64,000 nucleotides of DNA, from contig NC_042998.1 in the NCBI RefSeq assembly GCF_006345805.1, forward strand, positions 110,670,001-110,734,000, given 5' to 3'. Made by a program: the position numbers and the translations under genes. Positions 1 to 13,636 of the stretch are shown in pieces. Numbering within the stretch: position 1 is the stretch's first letter; each line of letters begins with the position of its first letter. This DNA comes from Octopus sinensis. Taxonomy: Eukaryota. A model generated the notes under the pieces. It was given only the letters and a program-made list of their open reading frames with translations. It searched no databases and was not told the origin of the DNA.

Positions 1-540
1 TTATGGTGAGCTTGCATTGGGGAAACTCTAACGAAGCAAACCTAAAAAAGGTTTCAAGATGGCATAAGGACTACTATGAAGTCACTTGGGATGGTTCCAG
101 AAGATATAGAAACCCTTGCTTCTGATCGAGTTGGATGGCGAACAGAGGTGTGGAGTGGAGTGAACGCATTTGAAGAGGTCAGGATAACGCAAGTAAAACT
201 CAAAAGAGATCTAAGGAAGATTGTAACGATTGAGAAGGTGAATGACAATGACCTTTTTGTGTGCACAGTCTGTGAGAGACGATGCCTGTCTTTTGCTAGC
301 CTCAAATCCCATCTATGAACGCATGGAAAACGAACCTTCACCAGCTATTCTGCTTGTATATCTGTGCACACCTTTGAATGCAGTGTATGCCAGAAGGTCC
401 ATTGGAGGCGTCAAAAGACATTTTAAGATCCACAAAGAGCAAACCTTATCTGCAGGTTTAGGTGCAATCTGTGTTGGTGTCTTTTCAGAACATTGGTTTA
501 AAAAGCCACATCAGACAGCATGATGGTGCTAAGGTGTAGG
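1..540 (+). mobile_element. 3' end of an RTE-clade LINE (decayed ORF2 tail with C-terminal zinc-finger-like repeats); window starts inside it
   Basis: ORF 76-318 reads IETLASDRVGWRTEVWSGVNAFEE...KRDLRK...CTVCERRCLSFASLKSHL, matching the RTE/BovB C-terminal pattern (WE.LA.DR..WR...CxxCxR.C.S...L.SH); frameshifted further Cys motifs follow. Confidence 0.75.
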
Positions 541-586
541 TACAGTAGGTGGTCAAACTCTGTATAAGGTGTACACAACCACTAAC

Positions 587-620
<34 letters not shown>

Positions 621-775
621 TGTATGTATGTATGTATGTATGTATGTATGAATGTATGTATGTATGTATGAATGTATGTATGAATGTATGTATGTATGTA
701 TGTATGTATGTACGTACGTACGTACGTACGTGTTCGTGCGTGCATGTGCATGTGCATGTATGTATGTATGTACTC
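587..775. repeat. (TATG)n microsatellite with (TACG) and (TGCA) variants
   Basis: Direct inspection; source of the spurious YVCM/HTYI ORFs. Confidence 0.95.
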
Positions 776-1169
776 GTAGGTACGGAAGTGTGTATGAAAG
801 CATTATCTATATTTCCATGCACGGATATGTCTCGCAGCTGCTTAACACTAAAACAATCAAAAGAAGCAGAGCTGTGATGAAATATCTTCCCTCTCGTCCA
901 GTCGATTTTTATGGGCAATTTTGTATCTTTCGATTCCATTCTGTTCAGGAAATTTCTTAAATTATGGCGCATATTTTGAAGAACTATTTCTCTCAGGTTG
1001 AGTAAAACTATTTTGTTATCTCCATCGGCTAGAACGGCGCATATTCGAGAAAACAGAAGTAGCTACAAGACAAACCTCTAACATTTATATATTAACTATT
1101 AACGCACCATTGAAAAACATGATTACAGTGATTGAAGAAAGCTTGTTTCATGCCAGTTTCAGAATTGAA

Positions 1170-1330
1170 GTAGGCTGCGAGTTGGTAGAATCGTGAATAC
1201 GCCTGCAAAATGCTTAGCTGCATTTCGTTTGTCTTCACGTTGTGATTTCAAATTCTGCCAAAGCTAACTTTCAATATTTCGGTATCCATAAGAACCAGTT
1301 GAACACTGGGGTTGATGTAATCTACTTACA
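1170..1330 (+). mobile_element. Decayed tRNA-derived SINE (main family of this window)
   Basis: Recognisable head (gcgagttggtagaatcg...aaatgcttag) and core (ccagttgaacactggggttgatgtaatctactta) similar to the copy at 39206. Confidence 0.6.
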
Positions 1331-3329
1331 CCTCCTCCGAAATTGTTCCAAAATTTTAAATCAATATTAGAACGCAAAAATATGACGTTCTATACATCTT
1401 GGAATGGATATGCTAAAAAACCAAGCCGAGCATTTCTTTTGTACAATCACTTGCTGAGTTAAAATTTATAGCATAATAGAAAATAGGTTAGTCAAAAGTT
1501 ATTGCTCCCTCATTATCGTATCATTTTTAGTATGGATATACTTTTTCTTTGTAATGGAAGATAATTCAAATTATATACATATACAATTGTACGTCCCCAA
1601 AAGCAATGCTGCATACCTCTCTATTATAAAGTGTTGTACATAGCGTTGCAATAGATACTTACCAAAAACCCTGAAATGTGATAATAGTTATGATTAAGGA
1701 GTGCATATTATATTATAGATTGTCGTTTAATTCAGATCAGGCGCGATGCAGGAGAAGTTTTCAATTCTATGCTATAAACATTCCACTCTTTAGCACCGTA
1801 CTTCACATTGGCGATCACATTGTTTATTCTGCCTTTGTTAGAGATATAGACTATAATTTGCAGCTGTTCGAGTGGCTATGAAGATGTTCTTTTGTTAGCG
1901 AATATGATACTGTACTTTGTATATATTATATTATTTTGTCACATAGAATCATTCTTATCAAACTCTGTGAGAAGGAGCTTAGTCGAAGCAAAGTCAATAT
2001 ATTCACAGACGCATTTAATCCCGCAGCTATATTGGCTGGGCAATGTATTGACGCTTCAACGTGAAAATAAACAAGAAATCGTAAAATGACATATCAATCA
2101 CAATACATGACTATTAGCCACAAGTATTTGAGACAAAGAGATGAAGAGAAACCGTCAAATTATAGATGTAAAACACTGAAGTTTTTCTTTTTTCTGGCCA
2201 AAAGATTACCGATTAGAATTAGAGTACTAGGTATGATAAAAATATGAATAAATCATACAAATCTTAGTGCTTGAAACACGGCAGCTCGTTGCCCCCAAAA
2301 TCACCGTGCAAAGCGCATGTTACACACTATGAAGGACACGCACAGTTCAATAGCAGTTCAATAGCAAAACAAGTGGCACACATCACACATACACTAAAAA
2401 CGTACCCAGCAAAATTAGCGTCTAATAAATTAGCAGAGCATATATTTTTATAAAATCAATACCTGACATAAACAATTAACACAACTCATATCCTGTATAG
2501 TGGCCACCTATTGATATAAACTACCAACGCAACAGACTGTTTACTATCCACGTGTAACAGTAGAACACAAGATGCCGGCACACACAAACGTATCACAGTG
2601 ATCCTCTTCACAATAAGATAATACATACGGCATATTTACTACACAGCACATTTTATATTACAATATCAGGAACAACAAAGTAAATCAGACAACAAAACAG
2701 AAGCTATATTATATACAACGACTATACTACATTCCTAATATTCAATGCTGAACACCCCCGAGGAATAAAGTGTAGCACATAGTGAGGCAATAGATGCTTA
2801 CAGAAAACTCCTTAAATGAGATAACAATAATAGTAATAATAATAAAACTGATAATAATCTTATCTGTGAATTCTTCTTATCATTATAATTACTTCAAAAA
2901 ATTGCCATGCAACATAAAAATATCCTTCACTGAATGTCAGGGTGGCCAATTATATTAGAGTCGATCAATCGATTATAAGCAAGGAACAATCAAAACCTAT
3001 ATCGATCATATAACATGTTGTTTCTGAGTCAGTACGAATAACGTAAGAGAGTGGAGATTTTCTCGCACACTACGATTGATCTGAAATACAATATTGTTAT
3101 AAAAACCTATTGACATTCGACAGATATTTTACAGTGATTATGGAGACACTTATGGCCTACCTTCGCAGTACATTAATGTCAAATCGCTCGAAACAACATC
3201 AAATACAAAATTCAATGTTTTTATAGACAAAATTCATCTACCCTTTCATATAACTATATCGGGTATGTATATCTATATATTTATCTATCACCTTATCTTT
3301 ATTTCTTCTCTTCTCACTCTCTGTAACAC

Positions 3330-3362
3330 ACTCTCTCTCTCTCTCTCCCTCTCTCTCTCTCA

Positions 3363-3397
<35 letters not shown>

Positions 3398-3545
3398 TCA
3401 TATACCGATAAAATATATCACTATAAACAACAGAAAGACAAATGGAAAGACGAATATATATATATGTATGTATATATATATATATATATGTGTGTATATA
3501 GTTATGTATGTATATATATACTTATGTATGTACATATGTATATAA

Positions 3546-3608
<63 letters not shown>

Positions 3609-3856
3609 CACACACGCATACACATCATGTATATATATATATATATATAAACAAGTTACAATATATTTCAGGAATATTTAAACCTAAATCTATAAAGAAT
3701 TTCACTGCTGTCTGTGATAGGGAAAATTTTTCGTTTTTGGGAAAAAGGCGAAAAGACTTTACAGGTTCAAATATCTGCCAAAAATATTTGAACTGCTCTT
3801 TAGTTTGTATACTTTCCATCGCCGCTTCGTGCCTTTACTTAGGTTTATATGAATAT

Positions 3857-3890
<34 letters not shown>

Positions 3891-3904
3891 ATATATATAT
3901 ATAT

Positions 3905-3950
<46 letters not shown>

Positions 3951-4045
3951 CGTGCGTGTGTGTGTGTGCACGCATATATATGTATGTATATATATATATG
4001 TTTTCATATATAAGATTGCATATATATATATATATATATATACAA
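3330..4045. repeat. Compound (CT)n/(CA)n/(TA)n/(TG)n microsatellite cluster
   Basis: Direct inspection. Confidence 0.9.
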
Positions 4046-4530
4046 AAAGGGAAAACCTATGACAGGACCTCTTGCATGCTACAAAGGGCAGTTAAACCCA
4101 ACCACAAAGATAATTCTAAAGGCACACCAATAAACCACTAGAATGAAGGGAATTATTACTTTTAGTTAATCCCAAACTCGAGTTTCCATATCAATGAGAA
4201 AATAAATTAATTTGCCATTCATATTTCGTAATTGGCATCGCTAAAAGAATGCATAATTATGTAGCAATGCGTACCGAAAAAACACATGGGAGTTACATGC
4301 TTATAACATTATGGATTCAAATCAAGCACACAGGCGCATTCACATAGCCAGCAACAGATAAATTGTAAAATCTATGTACTATAAGCCTCAGAATTCGGAA
4401 GTTTCACTGTGTAATCATAAGGACAAAAATAAGAATAATTTGTTACCAGTAGTTCGCATGCGTAATAAGAGACATAAGACGACATATTTTCATATATAAG
4501 AGTGCACACACACACTCACACATACATACA

Positions 4531-4578
<48 letters not shown>

Positions 4579-4805
4579 AAGAGAAGACCTATAGCAGGAC
4601 TCCTTACATGCTACAAAAGGCAATTAAACCAAACCACGAGAAAATGATTCTAAAGGCACACCGATAAAGTAGTAGAATGAAACTCGAGTTTACCTATTAA
4701 TTTACAAAGAAATTAATTTGCCATACGTAGCTCGTCAGTGAGATCACTGAAACAATGTATAATTATATAGCAATAATACGTACCGAAAAATCACGTGCGT
4801 GCTAC
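4043..4805. repeat. Old duplication of a ~240-bp unit (4043-4290 and 4575-4805), each next to (TA)n
   Basis: Shared blocks acctat..caggac..ctt.catgctacaaa.ggca.ttaaacc, attctaaaggcacacc.ataaa, aaactcgagttt, aaattaatttgccat, cgtaccgaaaaa. Confidence 0.8.
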
Positions 4806-4807
4806 AT

Positions 4808-4872
<65 letters not shown>

Positions 4873-4914
4873 TGTCTCTGTGTCTGTGTGTACTTATGTA
4901 TGTGAGTGTATATA

Positions 4915-4950
<36 letters not shown>

Positions 4951-4954
<4 letters not shown>

Positions 4955-5895
4955 GGAATTACAATAAACGAAAGACAAAGACGAGTGAGTAAACAACAAA
5001 CAGATGTATTAGTTTAACTCTCGGGAACTGAGAAAGTCTTTTACGTTTCGAGCCTACGCTCTTCGACAGAAAGGAACGCATAAATAAACAGGGAGAGAAA
5101 GCAGAAAAGAGGTTTAGTGACTAGCGATCTATCATAGCGAATGCTGGACGGAGGGGGTCACAAAGAAGAGCTAGGAAAAGAGGAGATAAAGTAGTGATGA
5201 TTCCAAAACGAAGGTGCGCGTGTGTTTGTATGTGATATCATTTATGGGCGTGTAGACGGAGGCTGGTGACATTGACGTGTATGTGTGTGTGCACGTGTAG
5301 GAGTGTGAATGAACATGTAGGTGCTGGGAGGTGGTCAGTGTTACTTCGTGGGGGGTGGAGTGATGTGGTGGGGTATGTTGGTGTTGTGTGGTGATGCATG
5401 GTGTGGTGGTGATTGTCTGTTGTGTGGTGGCTGTTGTGTGTGGTGGTGGTTGTGTGTGGTGTTGTGGTGGTTGTGTGTGGTGAGGTGGTGTGTGTTGTGG
5501 TGGTGTGGTGTAGTGGTGTATTGTGTTGTATGGTGGTGTTGTGGTGTGGGGGATGCGAGATTGAGAGAAGCAAGGGTGGGGTCTGAGGGAAGGGTGTGGG
5601 TGTGGGATAGGATGTATAGGGATGGTGGGGTTGGAATGTGTAGGGGTGGAGTAACGAGGGAGGGTGTGGCGATGAAGGGAGAGGGTGGAAGGGAGAAGGT
5701 GTGTAAGAGTGAAGAGAGGAAGAAGGTGCTTCATCAAGAGAGTAGAGGACAGAGAGAGTAGAAGATGGAGTAGCTGACGTTGCTAGAACTGCAGGTGAAA
5801 GACTCAGTGATATGGTAGGGTCGATGATGAGTGCCGGTGAGGAGGGTGGTGTTAGAGAGGTAAGGGCAAATGCGGCAGTATTTATAGCAGGAGAC
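4951..5895 (-). mobile_element. Penelope-like element 3' remnant (region preceding GIY-YIG, simple-repeat-expanded middle, pseudo-LTR ending at (TA)n)
   Basis: Minus ORF 5734-6039 contains CRICPYLSNTTLLTG...HITESFTCSSSNVSYSI, matching the PLE Cys linker plus FTC.S.NVIY.I motif; pLTR carries a hammerhead-like motif. Confidence 0.75.
5038..5073 (-). ncRNA. Minimal type I hammerhead-ribozyme-like motif with variant core
   Basis: RNA: CUUU-CUGUCGA-A-GAGC-GUAG-GCUC-GAAA-CG-UA-AAAG; stem I CUUU/AAAG, stem II GAGC/GCUC, palindromic stem III ACGU. Confidence 0.7.
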
Positions 5896-6319
5896 AAATT
5901 TCAAGACGATAATACTCCTCATGAAAGCCAACATATATCTAAACACAGACGTTACATATAAGCCAGTATAAATATGCGAAGGTAGGCCATAAGTGTATAC
6001 ATAATCACTGTAAAATAACATACAAAAGCATATATACACATATTATAGTGTACTTCCGTGCCCTAACCGTAGTCGGGTGAAGAATTGTACAAATACATGC
6101 AGATAGATCAAATAGTCTCAAGTTGTTGAGATGACATTTTACAATAATACATAAGAGAAGTCCTCAAACGAATCCAATGAATACGAAGGAATCAAATTGT
6201 AATTATCCATTTGTTCATTTAATTTCTTGCCGCTTAGAGATATTGTTGACTGAGATGTATACAGGTATATTTGAATTGTCTGGTATTTCTTGAAGAAATG
6301 TTTCCAGGTTTCGTGCGAA

Positions 6320-6330
6320 TATATACATAC

Positions 6331-6363
<33 letters not shown>

Positions 6364-6470
6364 TGTATGTATGTATGTATGTATGTATGTATGTATGTAT
6401 GTATGTATTATGTATGTATGTGTGTATATATGTATGCATGTATGTATGCGTGTACACACTCACACACATG
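6320..6470. repeat. (TATG)n microsatellite
   Basis: Direct inspection. Confidence 0.95.
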
Positions 6471-9356
6471 TACACATATGACTTTATTGTGATTTTCAGT
6501 TAGTAATAGTATGAATTATGTTGGTTACAACAGGTTCCTAGAATGGAGCGCCTATTTAATCACCTACAAAACCAGACTGTAGTTCTTTAAATGGAAAAGT
6601 AGTGTCGGATATTATTCTTCTCTAAAGTTGAAATCTTCACAGTTGGAATGATTTATACCATAAGCCTCCTCGATCTTGGTTGAAGTAACTTTGCACGGCA
6701 ATATCAGAAATATAGATTAAATTCTGCAAAAAAAAAACCTTATAGGTACTATGTTATTAACTACTTTGTCACTACTTTCCGGAGGTGTGAAATATAAGGT
6801 ATGTTGTTAGCACTTTAACGCAAGATAGTGAGCTGACTAGAACCTTCTTTTATTTTCTTTCTCGTTCAACCTTCTCTTCGATTTCTTTTCGGGTATTATA
6901 CATTGTAGATCATTAAAGACGTGGTTGTTTGAATTATGCTCAGCAAACAACTGTTCAAACAAAATAATGCCTGTTAATTCAATATATGAAAGTCATGAGA
7001 TTTCATTTTCTTACTTACTGAGAAATAGGGTGTAGAATTCCTAGAGCTAGATTCAAGGAAAATTGCATGATTCGCGCGCACACGCACACACACACAATCC
7101 TTTCTGAGACTCTAGTGCGCACACACACACTAGTAGTACTTGTTTGCTGATCCTGACAACTACAATGAGTGAAAAAAATTTATTCTTGGCGTCTGGATAA
7201 ACAAGCTCACATCTGTTATGAATATTCACAACAAAAATTACTTTTCGCACCGCACATTTACTCTATCTTAGACTAGAAGTATTTTGTAAGAGAAAGTTCT
7301 TTAAACATTCTTTTTAATCGTCATTCCATGTAATGTATATCCCAAAGTTTTAGGCTAAAAACCTGTATGCCATTATCTTCTTCACAACTGATATACACAT
7401 AAGTTACACGTGCTATATATAATTTATATATCTTTAATCGGAGCCTTCATTATATTCTTTAGTGAGTTCTGCCACTACTATAGCTATCTGATATGCTCTA
7501 CACAATCAAATTATGTATAATCTCCATACCTCTAAACTTACACGATGCTTTCACCAAATACACCTGCCTTTATCACCATCTCTAATGCATTCCATTTTCC
7601 ATGAACCCCTATAAACATTTTACTTAATCGTCACTTGCGAAATTTGCATGCGTTTGTCATGCAGGACTCCCTTACTACCGAATGACTATTTTTCCGGGAC
7701 TATCGTCTTGAAATAATCTTATTCTGAATGTCAATTGCAACGAACTTTTCAGTGTAGGAAAAAAAAGGAATATTATCTCCTATGGCAGCTGCCATAAGGA
7801 CCATGTAAAACCATCAATTATAAAAGTCTATATGAAATGAAATAAGTAAATGTTAATTGATTTCTACGCTGTACGTTATGTGAACAGTTATCAATAACTG
7901 ATGTGCGAAAAGGGGTTAATATTAAAAAGCTAAAGCCAAAATCACTAGCAAAATATTATTCATACGATGTAATTCATAGACGCTTTATTATTTATCAAAA
8001 TTAAACATGTCATCCACATTCTGAATCAAAATGATGTGTGAGGCCATTGCCATTCACCTAGTATTTTCGACAAATGCTCATCCTTGAAAATGGAAAACAT
8101 TTTTGAATAAATTGGGCTAAATCTCTGAAATCTCACAAAACTATCACTGGCACTGCTGAAGCAAACCAAAAACGAAGTATACATAACATGCCAGATACAA
8201 TTTTAATATAAACGTAATCTATATTTCAGTATATTCTACTTTTTAATGAAAATATTATGTCTGTATGAATACATCTGTTAGTTCAGGTGTTCACTGAACG
8301 ACTATTACTACTTACTATTAATACATCAATAAATACGCTGATTCAGAAACATTTCATAATTCAGATTATAAATAGTTTTAAATAATTTACATGTTGAATA
8401 TATTCTCTACCAAGCAAGTAATCATTTTGTCTGTGTTTTTCAGACACCAGTGGTAGGGCTTGACCAAATCAAAATACATTAACTAGCAATGTAGTCACTG
8501 TATCGGTTGTAATACGTATAGATTATAACGACAAAATACAACGAACCATTGCAGATAAATGAACAGTTACTCCGATGGCCTTTGTATATATTTATAAAGA
8601 AAATTGCAATTTTTAGACATTTGCTTGGCATAGAACATATTCTAATGTCATTTTCTCAGAGGAAATGCATGTTGAATTTGTCTTATCTAAGACGCTTTAC
8701 TGTAAACGTATGCACCAGCAGAATCATATGATTACTACACTGGAGAATATACATGTAATAAGGCACTGATCTCATATATTTTTGTAATATTAATGATACA
8801 GCACACTTACGAACATAATCTAAAATGTAACAAATATATAAAACAGAGGTATCTTAAGACAAACAGCAGTACGGTCTTATACTTGAAGTTGTCTCCGTGA
8901 GAGCAATGTCAAATGCAGGCCAAATCCATTAGAGAATTGTAGCCAGTTCTGACGGTCATGTCATACATTACAAGCATTCAGAAACAGGAGAATATGAAGT
9001 GAAGTTGTCACGTGATATGCTAAGCGTGCAAGTTTAAGCTTCTGAAACTTATTAAAACTTACACAAATGCCAAGTGCTAGAAATTCAATAAGACGACGCT
9101 TCCAGCTTTTATGAAATGATAGCGTCCTTGGAAGACCAAATAAGATACAAACCATAAAATCAATAAATCTATAATAAACAAATTTCCATGCACAAGTATG
9201 AAAGTCAATGTCGTTAGAGGAAACATAGTCATAGCAGCCTTAGAATATGAGTTTCAAGCAAATACGCATATGCGTGTTGGTGTAATTGAGTGTGTATATG
9301 TATGTATGCATGTGCATGTATGTATATATATATGTATAAATATATATGTATAAATA

Positions 9357-9446
<90 letters not shown>

Positions 9447-9450
<4 letters not shown>

Positions 9451-9727
9451 TTTTATTCTTCTACTTTTTTCAGACATTTGACTGCGCTCATGCTGGAGCA
9501 CCACCTTTAGTAGACTTCTTTGTAAGTCTAGTACTTATTCTATCAGCGTCATTTTGCCGAGCCGCTATGTGATGTGGACTTAAAAACAAATATATATATA
9601 TATACGACTTCTGTCAATTTCCGTCTACCAAATCCACCCACAAAGCTTTGGTCGGCCCGAAGCTATAGTAGAAGACACCTGCCCAAGGATTGAACCCGTA
9701 ACCATATGGATGGTAATCAGGCTACTT
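9447..9727 (-). mobile_element. Second tRNA-derived SINE family, decayed copy (same family as 62369-62733)
   Basis: Shares tttccgtctaccaaatccac.cacaa.g...tggtcggccc..gctatag.agaagacac.tgcccaag and catgctg.agcacc.cctttag with the 62.4-kb copy. Confidence 0.8.
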
Positions 9728-9989
9728 TATTCAAAGTTTTCCCATAAAGGCATAACATAGAGGGAGTAGCTTGCGGGCTGGACAAAGACATTGATGAGAT
9801 GAGTGACGAAAACGAATGATAGTAATGGGAGAAGACAAAAGATGCCCGCCGAATTTTTGCTTCTCTAAATCATTATTCTTTTTTTACGCAGTAAAAAACA
9901 ATACAAGGTATTAAACCTTTTTAGTTCCATAGTTCTTTATAAATTGAGGCTCTGACCCTCTTACAATCAATAAACTCAAAACACAAAAC

Positions 9990-10930
9990 AAAACAACAGA
10001 CCGAAGCATTAAACCTCTTACTTTAATATTGATACACAATAGGAGGCACTAAGCCTCTTAATTTTTTCGCCCTGCCGATACCCGTCCAGGCTCAATGCCT
10101 CACTCAAGCACCTCGATGGTGCTAGGTCGGGACTTTTCAGCAAAAAGCGAAATGTGTTCTCAGGGAAGGAATCCATAACCTCAAACAAGTCTTTTCCCCA
10201 CAAGACCCCCACAGCTACTTGCAGAGGTCAATCAGTGTTCTTGATACAGGTAATAATTCCTTCCCATCGACCTTTTTTTATTAAACTTTTTGATAATTTT
10301 TTGGATTTCCCCTTCCCTCTGGCACAGGACTACAAATCCCTCCTCCACGTAGGGAGAGTCCTCAAATCCCGTCTTCGGTGGAACAACTATTACCGAAGGG
10401 GTTTCGAGACATGCCGGTAGTGTACTAGCAACAGCCGGCAATGACGCGTTTTTCTTTTTTTCTTATTTTCTCTTTTATGACGGGAGGGTGGAGTTCTTTC
10501 GTTTTGTCCGGAAGATCTTTCCCGTCGCCTCAGTATCTATTGTTGGGTAACCACACTTACCTACCTTCTTTCTTTTTTTTTTACCTATTTTCGAGGAGGT
10601 CTTCACATCCTCTACTGCCTCCATCTATCCCTCCGATGGAAGAGCGGGGGCGCTGCTTCTATTAACTGCTCCATGACCCTATTTTGGTCCTGGGGTCAGT
10701 TTTCTTAATATGGGCCGGTTCCAGATACAGGTAACACTTGGGGGTGGGTGTCCCTCGCGAATCACCGGATACTTAGAACCGGTCATCCTCAAAAAATCTG
10801 GAAAAACCAGATCATTGGCTGATTGGGTCCACAGTGTCAAAACTGTTTTCGACCCCACCCAATTAGCCGCAGGGTGGCAGCCCACAGACCCAAGCTCTTA
10901 TTAATTTCTTCCCACAGAGGGGACAAATTA
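9990..10930 (-). mobile_element. Decayed ORF1 (gag-like) fragment, probably of an L1/Tx1-clade LINE
   Basis: Minus strand 10738-10694 reads CYLYLEPAHIKKTDP (degenerate CX2CX4HX4C knuckle) preceded by KYPVIREGHPP; relatively GC-rich island in AT-rich DNA. Confidence 0.5.
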
Positions 10931-11099
10931 AAAAGTAGAGCTTTTCATTTTGAGGAGAAAAAAGTGGGTAGGTTTTCGATCACAGAAATGTATTTAATAT
11001 ATATATATATAATATAAAATATGAATTACAGATAAAACCACTAATATGAAACTCAAGCAGTGATAGACATAAACCAATACATAAATAACCAATATATAC

Positions 11100-11146
<47 letters not shown>

Positions 11147-12277
11147 ATTAAATAAAACTAGATCTTAAAAATTATAAAATTAATAATAAATATATAATAT
11201 AATATGTAAAAACACTACGTACGCTTCATGGCTACAAATTAAATTCGAATTACAATTAAGTTTAAACTCAATTGAAATAAATTCAATTTAAAATTATAGT
11301 CAATCTTCAGGTTAATGATAATAGTTAATTAAATAATCAAATAGAGTTAAATAATATTCACTTAAGATATAAATAAATAATATTTTTTCTTATAACTAAA
11401 TTATAAAGTTAGACCATTAGGATTATTTCCTACAACACATTTATTCTTTTATTCTCTAATAACCTTAAACAAATTAATTTATTTATATATATAAAAATGG
11501 TTATGTTGAAGTCAAATCTTTATCTAAATAAAATCACTTTAAGAGACATACATTATTGACTCAGTAGTAATTCAAACATTATCTATATTATGACGACTAA
11601 TTAAGAAAATAAATTAATTTGAAAACTATAATGAGATAAAATTCATTAAATTAAATTAAAGAAGTTTTCCGTTTTGAAATTTTATATATTTATACTGTGA
11701 AATTTGATTTAGTACTAAATTGAATTTTTTCTCTGTAAGTTTGGAGTTATACTCCCTAATATTATTACACGCACACATATATGTATGTGTATTTATGATT
11801 GTATGTATGTATGTATGTACAATTGCATATACAAATAAATATATATATTGCAATGTCTTCTGAACTGTTTAAATCTGAATATACCACGATATCTTTCAAA
11901 AGGGAAATTAAAATATTTCTACAGTGTAATGTTAAATGCGGGCCAAATTACGTTAGAGAACTTGTAAACTTTGTAATATTTCTTTTTCCCATTCATAAAC
12001 TGCACGTTATACATTCAGATTGTCAGAAGTTGCAAAATTACTGTAATATAATTCAATGAAATTATTGCGATAATGTTTATGAAAGATAGTGTTCTTAGAT
12101 AAACAAACAGGATATAAACCTCAAAGTCGGCAGTACAAATGTCAAAGTACCTGGAAACGCGTACACGATGTTACAAAAACTGCAATAAAATCAAATTTAT
12201 GAGATATTTCTCAATTGCTGATTGAATTCCGTATTACGCATAGTTATAAGCATATATACGTATACATCCATCTATCG

Positions 12278-12322
<45 letters not shown>

Positions 12323-12326
<4 letters not shown>

Positions 12327-13578
12327 GGTTGGACAAAATAAGGGAAACACCTAGCATCATAGCATCATAATTTTGAAAAATCTATAAAACCGTCAAAAGT
12401 TTATTTTTATGTTTTTTGATTGATTATTAGTGTTGTTTAATATGTTTGGCTAAAATTGCTGTATCTTTTCAGATATCATGAGAAAAAGGTAATAAAAATT
12501 CATTAAAGTGACAGAACTATCGGACTTTCAAAGAGGTCAAATTGTTGTTGCTCGTATGGTAGGCGCTAGCGTAACATAAACAGCCGAAATGTTTTTACAA
12601 AAAGTACTGTCTCGAACGTAATGACAGCCTTTGAGAAAGAGGGAAAAACCTCTTCGTCGAAACAAAACTCCGGAAGAAATCCAAAATTTTCAAATAGGGC
12701 CCGCCGGACTCTTACGCGAATTGTTAGAAAGGATCACAAAAGTACAGCTCTCAGAATTACTGCAGAGCTTAATAACCACGTCGAGAACCCAGTTTCTAAA
12801 AATGTTGTTGCCCGTAGCTGCACAAATCTGGATTTCACGGGAAGGCTGCAATCAGAAAATCACTACTTTCAAAAACAAACGTTGCAAAATGTTTGGAGTG
12901 GAGTAAAAAGCTACAAAATTTCTCCCTAGTGCAGTGGAAGAATTCTATTTTCTCGGACGAGTCATCCATTACCTTATTTCCAACCACCGGCCAAGTATAC
13001 GTGTGGAGAGGGCCAGAAGAAGCATTTGACCCAGACTGCCTTCTTTCAATTCTTAAACATGGAGGAGGATCTGTGATGATCTGATGAGCTATATCTTGGA
13101 AATCTGCCGGCTCAATGGATTCCCTTCATGGCAGAATTAATAGTCAAGACTATTAAAGTATTTTATCTGATCAAATTCATCGTATGGTTGCTGGACTGTT
13201 TGTGGAGGGAAGTGCAATCTTTCAGGATGATAATGCACCAATTCACAAAGCTAAAGTTGTTACTGAATGGCACGAGTAACATTCTAGTGACGTTGAACAT
13301 CTTATCTGGCCACAACAGTCGCCAGATCTCAATATTATTGAACATTTATGATGCAATTTAGAAAAGCAAGTAAGGAATCGATATCCTCCACCATAATCAC
13401 TACAAAAACTGGAGGGTGTTTTAGCTGAAGTGTGGACAAAAATTCCTTTGGAAACAATTCAAACTTTGTACAAGTCCATAGTTCATGAACTGAAGCTGTA
13501 ATTACTACCAAAGCGGTCCTACCGCATATCAAAATAAATTTGAAATTTTAAGGTGTTTCTAAAATTGTGTATAACAAC

Positions 13579-13580
<2 letters not shown>
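12323..13580 (+). mobile_element. Tc1-family DNA transposon, near full length, pseudogenised, inserted in (TA)n
   Basis: HTH fragment GRNPKFSNRARRTLTRIVRKDHKSTA; DDE motifs IFSDES, KHGGGSVMI, FQDDNAPIH, WPPQSPDLNIIEHL; imperfect TIRs cagaggttggacaaaataagggaaacacc vs revcomp cagttgttatacacaattttagaaacacc; TA arrays both sides. Confidence 0.92.

Positions 13581-13636
<56 letters not shown>

Noticed and set aside
485-972. Numerous 60-220-aa ORFs rich in YI, VC, HT, N, I or L (also at 3.4-4.1, 5.2-5.9, 6.1-6.5, 9.2-9.5, 20.7, 29.5, 32.4, 37.2, 43.0, 50.3 and 51.7 kb)
   Set aside because: They are translations of microsatellites with no domain content
8700-9110. Fragments resembling Ig/FN3 motifs (YTGEYTC; EVVSVRAMSNAG; DGHVIHYK; SARNSI)
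   Set aside because: Interrupted by stops, motif spacing far too short for consecutive FN3 domains and no clear splice sites; a profile-HMM search would be needed
11150-11720. Extremely AT-rich stretch suggesting a NUMT or control region
   Set aside because: No recognisable mitochondrial gene, tRNA or conserved block
12120-12170. GAAACGCGTA palindromic stem-III-like hammerhead signature
   Set aside because: No CUGANGA segment or stem I found upstream; at most a decayed remnant
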